Source: Eukaryota sp. TZLM1-RC (taxonomy: Eukaryota; Protista; Metamonada: BaSk clade). From it: a stretch of 64,000 bases of DNA. Positions within the stretch are counted from its first letter, which is position 1. Each line of letters begins with the position of its first letter. Where the stretch lies: contig JAUPSS010000007.1 of the NCBI GenBank assembly GCA_040285825.1, positions 830,501 through 894,500 on the forward strand. Direction: 5' to 3'. Made by a program: the position numbers and the translations under genes. The notes below the pieces were generated by a model. The model was not told where the DNA came from, did no database searches, and was given only the letters and a program-made list of their open reading frames with translations. Of the stretch, positions 19,145-30,739 are shown in pieces.

Positions 19145-21661
19145 ATGTCACATGGCGGTGATGTGACATCTCTTAAACGTGAATATGATGACCTTAAACG
19201 AACCACTTCCTTCGAAATATCTGAACTTCGACAAGAACTTGAGCGTGTGACTCTTGAAAACACTCGACTAGCCCAACACCTTGAATCCTCTCATTCTCAA
19301 GACCCAGAAGCTCTTCGTATCGCTCAATCTGAAATTGTCCGTCTGAAAACCAAAGTCAACAAACTCCACTCAGGTTGGACATCATCTACCCAAAAGTACA
19401 AATCCGAAACTGAACAACTTGCTGCCAATCTCGCTCAATGTAGAGCAAAAGCCAGCAAACTTCAGAAATCTCTCAACGAAGTCCAAGGCAAGAACGACCA
19501 ACTAGAAGCCGAAAATGTGTATCTCAAGTCTTGTAAATCTGAATTTTCAAGTACTGAAAGAAACCTGCTCGCCACAAGGGACGTTTTTAAAAACAAAAAC
19601 AAGGAATTATCCAATGAAGTTGAAATTCTGTCTGCCAAACTCAAGGAGAAGGATTCTTTTTTGGAGGAATATTCAGCTGCTTATGAACAACTTAAAACTA
19701 GCCTTGAGGCAACCGAATCTTATGCTATTGAGTTGGAAGAATGTCGTCATCTGAATCGTGATTTGATGGGACAAGTAGAGGAGTTAAAGAATGAAAATTT
19801 GGTTTTGTCTGATAAGATTCAAAATTTGGAAGAGATTGTTAGGGATCATGAGCAAAATATTGAAGGTGTCAATTGTAAGTTGACAACATCGTTAGAGCAG
19901 ATTAAACAATTGGAAACTGATAAATCAGAAGTCGAGGGGTTATTAACTGAGGCACGTGATCAATCACAAGAGATGGAGCAGGTCAATACAGGTTTGGTTT
20001 CCGAACTTCAGCAATTGGTTTCCGAAACAGATGAGATGAGGTCAGTTATCGATCAGTTGACAGACGAGAAGAGCTCACTCACTCAACAAGTTGAAATTTT
20101 GACCAGGGAATCTACCCAATGTAGAGATGTCTTAGGAACAAAAGAAAGGGAAATTGGAAGACTTGAAGAAATAGTTTTGAATCAAAAACAAAAAATTGAG
20201 GAAATTTCAGTAGAGCTCAATCAAGCTCAATCAGTAGCTCAAAAAAGCGCTGATCAATCAGATCTTATTGCCAAACTAGAACAGGAAGTTGCTGAAGTTA
20301 ATGATCGCCATTCAGCGACTAGAAGGGCGTTATTTGATAAAGAAAAGGAGCTTGAAGGCATATTATTGGTTCAGTCTTCCATATTAAAAAATGTTGAAAA
20401 CTACATTACAGAAAATAACAACAAGGAAGCGATCAAAGAAGAAAATACTGATGACGTCATTGCTCAAAATGATCACGTGATTATTGACCGTGTTGACGTT
20501 TGCAGTCAAACTGACACAACTCAACGTCAACCCTCACTAGAAGAATTCAATTTGCTCAAGGAGGTAATTACTTACTTAAAATCAAAACTTTCGGATCTCA
20601 CAAAGGAAAATTCCACTCTTAAAGTTCAACTCAAAGTATTTGAAAACAGAGCTGCTGTGATTTCTAATTGTTTAATGGAAATAGCAGACGTCGATGCTTC
20701 AAGGTATCTCGATATGGAGAATCAGTTGTTGATAGCAAGGGAGAATGGGAAGCAGTTGAAGGCGAAACTGGAAAGAATGGAAGTGAGTAGGAAACGCAAG
20801 ATAGAAGAGCTGGAGCTTCAAATAGCTTCTATTAGCGAGAATGTGGCTAAATTCAGTGATGAAGATGTTTTGGATTTTGAACAAGAGTTTGAAGTCTTCC
20901 AGGGTCAACGGAAATATCGTGACGGTCTGAAGAAGTCAAAGGACTTTTCTAGCCCTAATGAAGGTGAAATTAAAAAGCTTCATCAAGAACTAGAAGAATT
21001 ACGTACACAGTTAGACCAAACTTTATTGGAAAAAGAAGAATCAAATCAAAAAATTGACGAACTTGAATCGAGAATTCACAGATTGAACAATGAATTCACT
21101 GACCTCCAAGAATTCACAAGAAGTCAAGGAGAGCAATTTCTTTATGAGCGAGAAGAACTTCAAAGTCAAATTACGATTTCAAATAGACAAAATGAGTTGC
21201 TGTCTGAGCAATTGGAGGTTTGTAAATTGGAAAAAGCTGATATCAAAGACGGCTTACTGGAAAAAATCAATGAAGCAGTCTCTGTGCTTTCAAATATAGC
21301 GAATGGTAATCAGTCTTCCTTAAGCGCAGTCGTCACGGCCTTGTCAAAATTTGAAGAAAGGCTCACTGCAGCAAGAAGAGGATTGTCAAAGGAATTTTCA
21401 CCTGAATTAGATCAAGCAATGGGGTTTGAATTGAGGGCTCAAGCAGAAGCTCTTTCTTCTGTACTTGCCGATACCCTGATTACTTTGGAAAATACGAGGT
21501 CAGAATCTAGTTTACAATTAGATGGTGTTTTGAAAGAATTTGAGACTGTTTTGAAGGATTATTCTCAACTACCATCACACTTACCCAAGGTTAAAGAGTA
21601 TAGGAGTAAACTTAAAGAATTGAGGAGGAAAAAAATGTTGAAAAAAGCAGAGTCGTCGTAG
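19145..21661 (+). CDS. Long coiled-coil protein of unknown function
   Basis: Uninterrupted E/K/L/Q-rich heptad ORF. First ATG is at 19145 (the track starts at a TTG, 19091). Confidence 0.8.
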   Translation: MSHGGDVTSLKREYDDLKRTTSFEISELRQELERVTLENTRLAQHLESSHSQDPEALRIAQSEIVRLKTKVNKLHSGWTSSTQKYKSETEQLAANLAQCRAKASKLQKSLNEVQGKNDQLEAENVYLKSCKSEFSSTERNLLATRDVFKNKNKELSNEVEILSAKLKEKDSFLEEYSAAYEQLKTSLEATESYAIELEECRHLNRDLMGQVEELKNENLVLSDKIQNLEEIVRDHEQNIEGVNCKLTTSLEQIKQLETDKSEVEGLLTEARDQSQEMEQVNTGLVSELQQLVSETDEMRSVIDQLTDEKSSLTQQVEILTRESTQCRDVLGTKEREIGRLEEIVLNQKQKIEEISVELNQAQSVAQKSADQSDLIAKLEQEVAEVNDRHSATRRALFDKEKELEGILLVQSSILKNVENYITENNNKEAIKEENTDDVIAQNDHVIIDRVDVCSQTDTTQRQPSLEEFNLLKEVITYLKSKLSDLTKENSTLKVQLKVFENRAAVISNCLMEIADVDASRYLDMENQLLIARENGKQLKAKLERMEVSRKRKIEELELQIASISENVAKFSDEDVLDFEQEFEVFQGQRKYRDGLKKSKDFSSPNEGEIKKLHQELEELRTQLDQTLLEKEESNQKIDELESRIHRLNNEFTDLQEFTRSQGEQFLYEREELQSQITISNRQNELLSEQLEVCKLEKADIKDGLLEKINEAVSVLSNIANGNQSSLSAVVTALSKFEERLTAARRGLSKEFSPELDQAMGFELRAQAEALSSVLADTLITLENTRSESSLQLDGVLKEFETVLKDYSQLPSHLPKVKEYRSKLKELRRKKMLKKAESS

Positions 21662-21791
21662 TTTTCATGTATTATATCGTTTGTCATTTCAATTATAAAT
21701 GTGTTTATTTATTGTTTGTGAGCCATTTTTTCAATTGATTTTTACAGTCTTGTGTAAAGGTTATAATTTATTACAAAAAGGAACATGATCA
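21648..21791 (+). repeat. ~144-bp dispersed repeat, copy 1 (includes stop codon and 3' UTR of the coiled-coil gene)
   Basis: Closely similar to 36805-36948. Confidence 0.85.
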
Positions 21792-22793
21792 TATCAATCT
21801 GTCGTAAATGTTGAAAACAGTGGTCTCTTGCTTTGAAGACGCTAGCAAATCTTAGATTACATTCGTGAATGTGAAATAGTTGAGCTATTAATTTGCCGTA
21901 TTTAACACAGCAACTGAGCCCTTATGCCAATTGGGATGTAAAATCAATGTGATTGGTTTTGTCTTGATTGTAACAGTTGTTCTGTAATATTTCAACAGCA
22001 ATTGTCAAATGTTATTCAAATGGTGAAAGCATTTGTTGAGTATACTGTTGAATTTTGTGGTGCACACAGGGTGGCATGAAACTAATAGGCAGTCCTGCAA
22101 CTATCTTCCTTCATAAAACATTCGCAACTTGGAACCCCTCATTCCATATCAAGAATTCAAACATTTGTTAAAATTCATTTAAAATTATTATTTGCTCTTC
22201 AAAACTTATTATAGGTAGAACACTTGCATATTCTACAACAACCTGTTCAAAACTATTTCCTTCAGATAGACAAGAGCTTTATAGTATGGCAGAACACATC
22301 AAAAGCACTGAATGTTGAAATGTAATGCTGATGCATAAATTTGACGTGCACCGTGTGTTTGAAACAAGACCATCTGAAGACATTTAAAGGAAGTCGGTGA
22401 TGCAATAGTCGACATTATGCACAACAACATTCATTCTTTTCTTCAAATTCACCATATTGTAGTTTGAACACCACATGTCTTGTATTCATTCCAAAAGCAT
22501 TGTCAAAGAAGTGTCATTCATCTATAAAAAAATTAAGAGACAAAAAGTGTAACAAAATTGTTTTCAGCAGATTTAGACACCATGGACAATAGCTGGAAGG
22601 ACAGTGGCATGAGATAGGAAAGAGTGGTGATTAGACTAGTAGAAAAGCAAAATCAAGGCAGGGGGATTATGAGGGGGATTAGAATCAGGGTGGCCGGTGA
22701 GGGGGTTTTTTATCCATTCTGAAAGACCACCACAATTAAATCCAATTTCCCTTCTTTTAACAATCTTCATTCTGGAGGACAGCATCATCGAAA

Positions 22794-24989
22794 ATGACAT
22801 CATCCAGTAGCATATCCAAGAGTGATGCTGCGGCTATCATTGCATCTCTACTCACTGAAAATTGCACACTGGTTGATCGATTCTTCAGTGCCATTGATCG
22901 CTCACTTTATGGTCGCATGGCACAGTGTTTGGCATGTCTTCTCCGAGAAGGTCTTACTCCTTTGCTCACAAAGCTTCTTCGTCTTGAAATCGACATTCCC
23001 AACATTGCTACCTTTCTTCGTGGCAACTCTGTCGCACCCAAGCTCATCTCAGCCTTTGTGACTGAGCTCGGCAAATCCTTCCTTGCCTCCCTCAACCCTA
23101 TTCTCCAAGACATCATTGACATACCCCATCAACTCCACATTTCTGATTCTCATTCTAACCAGACAGAAGCCAAATACCATTTCCTCCAAGTCATCAACCA
23201 CGCATCTCTTATTGCAGACACCCTCGTCGCCCTCGCTGAGTCTGGTTCCATCCATCGCGCAATCTGCGCCGTTCTCTCCTCCATCAACGACTTTCTCCTC
23301 ACCCAAAACAATCTTCCCGAAATCACCAGAACAGCCATTCTCGGTGGGATTGTGATGTTACGGCTTGTCTCGCCCCACCTTGTTTCTTTCAACCCTTCTT
23401 CAAGTTCACCCCTACCTACAATCTCTAGGAACAACCTTGTCACTGTTGCTAAACTGTTACAATCATTGGCTAGCTCTCATGCTGATTTTAAGATGGGATA
23501 CACACAGGAACTAACAAAACTTCGAAGTACGCTTTCAAGGTTTATAAAGCTTTGTTGCGATGACCACCTGGGCCTTGATTTTGCTGATCTTTATGAGGAG
23601 TTTGTTTTTGACCCTGGTCACGTGATGGTCTCGAGGATTCTAGGGGAACAGTCCACATTGCAGGTCAACAATAGTATTTGTGATGTTTTTGAAATTTTAT
23701 CAAAAAACGCATCTTCGATTATTTTACCCTTTTTTGATGCACCTAGTTCACCTTCTCTTTCCTGGTCACTCTATACACTTCTACACCACCTAAAAAACCC
23801 ATGTGTCACAGGTAGAGTGACTAGTAAGGCTCAAGAAGAGATGAATTTGGATAATTTGCTATATGAACCTTTGTGTAAACGAATTGTCAAGCTAAATACT
23901 GATTATCATGATTATTATACTGTATTAGAAACAAATTCAACCCAAAAATCACCAATCTACATGTCTGAGGGCATTATTTATTGTGTTGTTAGATTATTAA
24001 TTGAGGTGAATCTACCTCATCCTACTGATTTTGTTTCGTTGTGTTTGAAGGCAATTGAACTGGATACGTTTGAGGGTCATCAATCAATTGTGATTGATTT
24101 CAGTGGAGCTTCTTTTATTAAAAGCTCCAACTATCTTAAAGGGTTTTTGACTGCTTTTTTGTCCGTCATACCGTCCTGGGCAGTCAATCAAAGCTCAGTC
24201 GTTGTCGTTTTAGCTTCCCCTTTGGTTCAATCAAAATTAATTAGCATTCTTGATCAAACTTTCCACAACATCTCACTCCGATTCCTCGGATGGGGTCTTC
24301 AAGGAACTCTCATTGGACTCGAAGAACGACTCGAGCTCCGTCAAATGTCGCTATTGGAAAGTTCAAAGCAATTCTCAACTACTTGGTTTGACGTTTTAAA
24401 GCGAAACAGACACAATAAACATCAGAAACGGCTTCTCAAACCCACACCTTGTTCATTGCTAAACCTCACCTGTGAATCTCCTCCTGTAGTTTGTACAGAA
24501 CTTTCATGGTCGCATTTGAGTTTTGAACCTAGAGATAATTCAGCATTGGCGTTGGTGTTGACCAATTCGAACTCAAATGTTCCGGGGAAATGGTTAAAGA
24601 AGGATCAAGAAGGGGAGCGGATTTTGGACTTTGATTCAGCAGAAGAACGAGATTTGATGATTGAACAATTAGAGAAGTTCAAAAGCAATTTTGACGACAA
24701 TTTTCAACATATATTTGAAGTTTCAAAGGTCAATTCAGTAGGGAAAGTTCAGAAAAGGACGCTTATTGTTTCTACTGATTCGCTACTTAATGTTGATAAG
24801 AAAAGCATCAAATGGGAAGAACCCCTAGCGTCCCTTGAATCTGTAACTGTAAATAATAATTTAGTTTTGGTGAAATTTTTCCACGCTGATCTTAGTAGAA
24901 AATTTTTGTGTAAAGATAGCTTAGAAGCGGAAACGCTGAAAAAATCTCTTTCTTGTGTATGTAATTCAGTAAGTAGAATTGGGTTGTAG
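22794..24989 (+). CDS. RasGAP-domain protein with probable Sec14-like and PH-like domains
   Basis: TFLRGNSVAPKL, MLRLVSPHLV and VAKLLQSLA are RasGAP motifs. IVIDFSG (Sec14-like) and two KxNxxxKxQKRxL PH-like repeats follow. Confidence 0.75.
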   Translation: MTSSSSISKSDAAAIIASLLTENCTLVDRFFSAIDRSLYGRMAQCLACLLREGLTPLLTKLLRLEIDIPNIATFLRGNSVAPKLISAFVTELGKSFLASLNPILQDIIDIPHQLHISDSHSNQTEAKYHFLQVINHASLIADTLVALAESGSIHRAICAVLSSINDFLLTQNNLPEITRTAILGGIVMLRLVSPHLVSFNPSSSSPLPTISRNNLVTVAKLLQSLASSHADFKMGYTQELTKLRSTLSRFIKLCCDDHLGLDFADLYEEFVFDPGHVMVSRILGEQSTLQVNNSICDVFEILSKNASSIILPFFDAPSSPSLSWSLYTLLHHLKNPCVTGRVTSKAQEEMNLDNLLYEPLCKRIVKLNTDYHDYYTVLETNSTQKSPIYMSEGIIYCVVRLLIEVNLPHPTDFVSLCLKAIELDTFEGHQSIVIDFSGASFIKSSNYLKGFLTAFLSVIPSWAVNQSSVVVVLASPLVQSKLISILDQTFHNISLRFLGWGLQGTLIGLEERLELRQMSLLESSKQFSTTWFDVLKRNRHNKHQKRLLKPTPCSLLNLTCESPPVVCTELSWSHLSFEPRDNSALALVLTNSNSNVPGKWLKKDQEGERILDFDSAEERDLMIEQLEKFKSNFDDNFQHIFEVSKVNSVGKVQKRTLIVSTDSLLNVDKKSIKWEEPLASLESVTVNNNLVLVKFFHADLSRKFLCKDSLEAETLKKSLSCVCNSVSRIGL

Positions 24990-25034
24990 TTTTTTTTTGC
25001 CATTTAAAATTTATTACCACATTGTTTACATAAT

Positions 25035-26665
25035 TTACTCCAAGACCGCTGCATAAACACATTCTTCTAACATTTCGTGAAGCATTTTGTACAATTGTTG
25101 AGAAACACCTACATTAAAAGTCCTGCTCCCATCTACACAGTCAAGTAGTTTTTGATCAAACAGCAAAACCTGAGTATCCACTAATTCCTTGCTTTCCTTT
25201 ACGTCGTATTGCCTGCCACAAACATTACCATTAGAAAAAACAAGTTTGTGTAGCTTTACAACCTTTGAAGGTACAACTACCATAGTTTTCTGAATATCAA
25301 ACGGGTGACGGACCATTAAACTTTCCCCTACAACCGGTTCCTTCTCTCCTTCAAGAGCAAGATAGTCCATGCAAGCGAAAGGAGAGGAGGCGATGAAGAG
25401 ACGGTAACAAACTTTTCTTCCCGGCAAGGAAGTTTTTTCAACAGTTTCGGATAGCTTAATTCTAGGTTCATTTTCTAATTCGGTTAGCTTGTAAACGCAG
25501 CCTAATGCAGCCTGTGCAAAGCATGTCACCAGCATTGTACCAATTCCAAAGATATCAACTTTGTGATGACGTTGTTTGAGGTCATTTAGGACGGCTTCGG
25601 AAACGTCATTACTAGCAACTATTTTCACTAGGCTAGCAACATCCGACTCTAAATGTCCATCAATGAGTTTACGAGCTGCAATGGACAGGGTGGCCAAATC
25701 ACCAGAATCAAGACGAATCCCTAGTGGCTGAAACGAGCATTGAAGAAGTGCCTTGGAAACAGTGATAAAGTTTAAAACTCCACTGTTGAGTGTATCATAC
25801 GTATCCACCAAAAACAAACCATTACGAGGGAATGTCTGTGCATAAGCGATGAAAGCAGCTAGCTCACCATCATTGGTACGTTGGAATGCTGCAGGCAGAG
25901 TCTTGCGAATGGAGATGACCAGGTCCTTTAGGTTGGTGAAATTCCCTTTTCCATCCTTAATCTCAAGTGCCTTCACATCATCAAGCGATTTAAAGCTCTG
26001 GACATAGGCATGAGCATGTGTACCGGTGATTGGAATACCATACTTGTAACCAGCAGCAACATTAGATGATGAGTCAAAGCCACCAATATACTTTGGTTAG
26101 TGTGAAAGCAACGCCATACACAATACTTACTTGCGGACATTCCACCATCAGGTCCTTGTGCTCGTCGGAGTCCAAATTCAGAAAGTTTCGCTTCTCGTCC
26201 TGCAGCTTGACGAAATCTTCTAGCGTTGGTACATATGAGTGTGGGGTAGTTGATCAAATTGAGCAAGGTTGTTTCAATCAATTGACAAATACCCAGAGGA
26301 CCTTCCACTCTTAGTAGTGGAATGGACGGAAATGCAAATGTCCCCTGGTCTAGTGCATAGACGTTTACTTGAGAGGTATCCAGAGTGGATAACCAGTCAA
26401 AAAACTCATCTTGTACATGTGGAAGAATTGAACGAAGGTAAGAGATTTGAGATTCAGTAAAGCGAAAGTTTTCCAGGAATTCTAGTACACGATCGAGACC
26501 AGCAAATACAGTGTACGTGCCTTTGAATGGGTTACGGCGATAGAACAAATCAAAGACGGCATGTTGATCATGTATCTGTTGTTGGTAGTACGATGCGATC
26601 ATTGTGATCTGGTACATATCAGTTAGTAGGGGGTTTACCAGAGGCTCTGCTTCTTGCTTCATCAT
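25035..26665 (-). CDS. NAPRT: Nicotinate phosphoribosyltransferase, one 29-nt intron (26091-26119)
   Basis: LLTDMYQITM, EFGLRRAQGPDG, GTHAHAYV (after splicing), LVDTYDTL, GIRLDSGDL, IVASND, GCVYKL. Confidence 0.95.
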
Positions 26666-28120
26666 GGACTCGAGAGAAGAGATGAAATGACCAAAATTTT
26701 GTAATGATATCAATCCTTCCCTTTTTCTCTTCAAATGACCTTGAAACTGGCAATTTCACTTTCTTATTGTCACCAACCAGGTTGGGACAGTCACGTCATC
26801 TTCATTCTGTCTTTCTGAATACATTGATGTATTTTACATAATAGTCCTCTATTTTGCTGATTCATGTGGTGTGGTCTGCCAGACGACTTGAAACGATTGC
26901 CATTACTCTCTAACACCCATGACATAAGTGAATGTTTATTTTTATTTTCCTTATCACATCAATCATTACGAAAATTTCCTTTTGGTTGTGACTGAGTTAA
27001 GATCTTATCTAATTCTCATCGCGAACAATACTGATGACTCAAGAAGAAAGACAGTCTTGATTTGTGAGTTAATAACAACGATGGAATAATATTCAGATAT
27101 AAGACATGCGTTAAAAAGTACAAAAAATCGGTCTAGAATTGTTAATGTCAAATTTAGATTTTTTGGTTGAATCATTTCCTTTTGAAGTTTCAGCAAGAGC
27201 AGTAGTTCCTAATAGCTGCATTTCATTGATGAAAAGATAACTCATTCCAAAGTCTAAAATGAAAACCATTTGTAAAGACTTAGCATTTCAAGCTCTCAGT
27301 TGATTGTACCGCATCTTTTCAGCAAAAGAATCTCGTGTGTGGTTTTCTGATGCAGCAGAATGACACAAACACACCATGGGCGTGGGTGCTGGCTCAGTAA
27401 TTCACGTTGATTGCTTGCATATTATAGGTATGTTGATAAAAAATTGCACTTTTTATTAATAAAATGTTCTTTATATACTTTCCATTGGGCACAAATATTC
27501 AAAAAAAACCCTGCTGTTTTTAAACTAAAATCTCAATAATGGATAACAGATCTTCAGTTTTTCACACCGTATGGCTGCACTGATGAACAAACGAATGGAA
27601 GTTAATGATGCCAGTGCTTGAAAATCTCAATTCTATATCTGGCTATCAAGACCAAATGAAGATAGGCAGAGCCAGAAAAAAGTTGGTAAAAGAAGCTTTC
27701 TTACAGAAGAAAATGGATTTGTCAACGAAATTTTGTGCAGTGAATCCAAAAGTTTTTGCCTAGCTAATATTATCCATATATAAAAATCTAAAATCATATA
27801 TAAATAATTATTGACCACTCTGAATCAGTTGCTGGCTAAATTCAGCTGTGAATCGCCTACTGTGCGGTGTCTGTTGGATTTGTAATAAATAAATGCTATC
27901 ATTGGGTTATGCCGTGTTGAAAATATAATTCTGAAATTAGCTGTTGTCTTGCCAGCTCATTAACGAAGGTGTGATAGATACAATCTTGTGATAGATCTTT
28001 ACTTTTGTTTTGTTTGCACTTTGACAGTTTTACTTCGAATTGTTATTCGATAACGCTTACTGAGAAAATTGGCATTGGGTTATTCGATGGCCACAAATAC
28101 ATAGGTTAATTAAAATGTCT

Positions 28121-28192
28121 TCGGTTATAGTATAGTGGTGAGTATCCCCGCCTGTCACGCGGGAGGTCGGGGTTCGATTCCCCGTAACCGAG
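28121..28192 (+). tRNA. tRNA-Asp (GTC)
   Basis: Acceptor TCGGTTA/TAACCGA; anticodon arm CCCGC-CTGTCAC-GCGGG; T arm CGGGG-TTCGATT-CCCCG; downstream T-run. Confidence 0.95.
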
Positions 28193-28467
28193 AATATTTT
28201 TTGATTGTGCAGAAGCAGCAAGTTGAAAGGAGATGGGATAGTCAGTGATGGATTCAATTTTTATATTCTTTAGTTGCTCATTGGTTACAAAATGTGTTTT
28301 GCGATGGAAGCATTTTAACAAGTATTTCTGTATTTTCCAGAAATGATAACTGTGTGACGTGATGCGGAACATGATGTGGAACAACTTAGACGACTACCCT
28401 GTTTTCTGTTGACAGATGTTAATATGTTTGGGCATCTTTGTCTTTTTGTGTATTATTAATCATTTGA

Positions 28468-28540
28468 GCTTTAACTAGACAAGAAGCAGATCAAAATTGT
28501 GTAGAGAAAATCTTGGTTCCATGAATTTCGTTCCAATTTT
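28468..28540 (+). mobile_element. Decayed 3' stub of family B non-LTR element
   Basis: GCTTTAACTAGACAAGAAGCAGATCAAAATTGTGTAGAGAAAATCTTGGTT resembles the family B ORF end. Confidence 0.6.
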
Positions 28541-28589
28541 GTTTCAGAAATTTTAATTTATTACTTTCAAAAAACTAAAAACAAAAATT

Positions 28590-28810
28590 AAAATTCTAAA
28601 TCTTCATATCCCAAAACAGCCCACAAAAATTGACTGGAGGTTTTTCTTTCTTAAAATCGACCACGAGATAATAAAGCATAAGACAATAACGGGACAACAC
28701 CTTTAAAAATGGAAAATACAATTCTGTTCTGGCAAAACGTTTTGTCAAAAATTCTTCCTGTACATTGTTGTACAATTTCAACAAAATCATTCAAAAAAGA
28801 TAAGCAAGTG
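28590..28810 (-). mobile_element. Decayed 3' fragment of CRE-like element
   Basis: FLNDFVEIVQQCTGRIFDKTFCQNRIVFSIFKG. Confidence 0.7.
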
Positions 28811-28869
28811 GTGCAAGTGAAAATTCTCATGTACAATATAGTTTGTATCCCCTTGTTATATCTTTGCTT

Positions 28870-29163
28870 GGATATGTATTTATCTTTGCTTGAATGAGGC
28901 TGCTATGGCTTTCCTTGAGGATTTTGTTGTAGTTGTAAAGGAAAGAACTGGAAGAATTTTCAATCGTGTTTACTGGCAAAACAGGATTGTATTTTCTATT
29001 TTTAAGGGAATGGTAAAACTGATTTCTGATTCACTATCTTCCTTTAGGAAATTTTCTGAATCTTTTGCAATTATTTGTTTAGATGTAGGGGAGGCAGATT
29101 TTGAGGATGTGTAGTTTTAGTTGTGTATTTCATGTTTTCAAATTCCTTATTAAATGAATAAAC
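28870..29163 (+). mobile_element. 5'-truncated 3' fragment of a further CRE-like family
   Basis: FLEDFVVVVKERTGRIFNRVYWQNRIVFSIFKGM...ADFEDV*, followed by AATAAA. Confidence 0.8.
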
Positions 29164-29364
29164 TGAAAATTATACAAAAAGTGGACCAAGCGTACCATGT
29201 CAGGAAAAAGCAAATGAACAAAAGACATAATGAGTGTGAGATTCAGCATTCAAGGACACCGGCTTTGCTTTATATTTATCAATTTTACAATTCTCGGCAA
29301 CAGACAGCGGATTCTTGTGTTTTGACTGAGCTTATAGTATGAAAGAATTATTACACACATCAGT

Positions 29365-29722
29365 TTATTCTACATAAGTAATGATAGTGGTCCCATCAAG
29401 TCGTTCAAGTTTCAAATCACCTCTGTTACAACCTAAAGAATTCAAGGTGTCCTCATCAACCAAACGAGAAAGTAGTGGTTCCAAATAGAAGACAATTCGG
29501 TGAAACCTAGACATACAATAGAGCTCTTCTCTAACTGCATCATGGACTTTTGTTCGAAAAGTAATTGAATGTTTACAGTTAAACAAATGATTTGGAGAAA
29601 TTTTTGATCCACCTTTGCAAACCAAATTATGAGAAACGTGATCAGGCCAAACAAAACAACGAAGGCGCATTGTACAAGAAAATTCGGTATCATCTAAAAG
29701 AAGACCATAAATTTGAGGAATT
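29365..29722 (-). mobile_element. Internal fragment (Zn finger + RLE) of CRE-like element
   Basis: MRLRCFVWPD..HLFNCKH..KVHDAVRE..NRGDL. A related short piece recurs at 54399-54466 and 59949-60016. Confidence 0.8.
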
Positions 29723-30229
29723 TCCTCCCCTTAGTTATGAGTTTATTTTGTTAAGTGTGCAAATTCAATAATTTAATATGTAATCATTTGAAAAAAATTA
29801 TAAATTAATTAATTTGAAAAAAATTAATAGTTTCATTATTTTTCTGGTTTTTTTATAAAATTTGTTGTTACAGGTGCAATTTAGAAACGAATATAATTTT
29901 GAATTGAAAATAAAACTGTTCAAATAGTCAAAATCAAACTCTCAAACAACAATTTTGTTACTTATCGTCAACAATGTTAATATCATCCAATACAACTTTT
30001 TGTGACCGGATGGTCTGTGGTATGATTGAACTACTTGCATCTGACCAAATTTATGAAACGTGTTGCTTAAAAGGGTAAATGTGTTGCATGAACATTTAGT
30101 CATACACTAGATCAAATTGTATAATATAGATGAACAAACATAGCCAACTCAAATTTGGGAGCAATAACTTCAATAATTAAATAAAAATTTTATTGAATTA
30201 GTACATTTGGTGAAAATAAATCAGAACTA

Positions 30230-30670
30230 ATGCAACTCAATTCAATGAACAACGATTGTCTCTAAAAAATCCTAATCTAATTGTTTTCTCACCATTACTT
30301 CTCTGATGCGAGGAAAAAAAACCGAGGTAGTCTATGAATTATAACAAATTGAATTCGTGAACGCCACCAAAAGACATCAAATTTCATTGTTTTCTCTTGA
30401 ACCAATTTTTGGAAATCATTCAAAAGATTTTTTGCTTCTACTACTTGACTTCCCATTATGAAAAATGCGAAAGCAATAAAAACAAGTGGTTTATTTCCAT
30501 CAGTATTAGCTTCGTCGATATCTTTATCATTATTTTCTACGTTTATCATTCGCTTTATATTCAACATTTTTTACAGGATTAAGTTTCCTTCTTAAAACCA
30601 AAGTTTCATTTGCAACATTACAGGATACAAAATCAATAACACCTTCAGAGTTGTCAATCCAATGGCAATT
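30230..30670 (-). mobile_element. Decayed 3' fragment related to family B
   Basis: WIDNSEGVIDFVSCNVANETLVLRRKLNPV; RSRIQFVIIHRLPRFF. Confidence 0.8.
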
Positions 30671-30739
30671 CAATAATTCACAATTTGGTTGGTTGCCAGG
30701 AATTGGAATTAAATAATTGCAATACAATATATTGCAATT

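Noticed and set aside
21800-22720. Possible decayed gene on the minus strand (also 26800-27900, 37000-37350, 48100-48420)
   Set aside because: No sustained ORF or motif I can identify with confidence.
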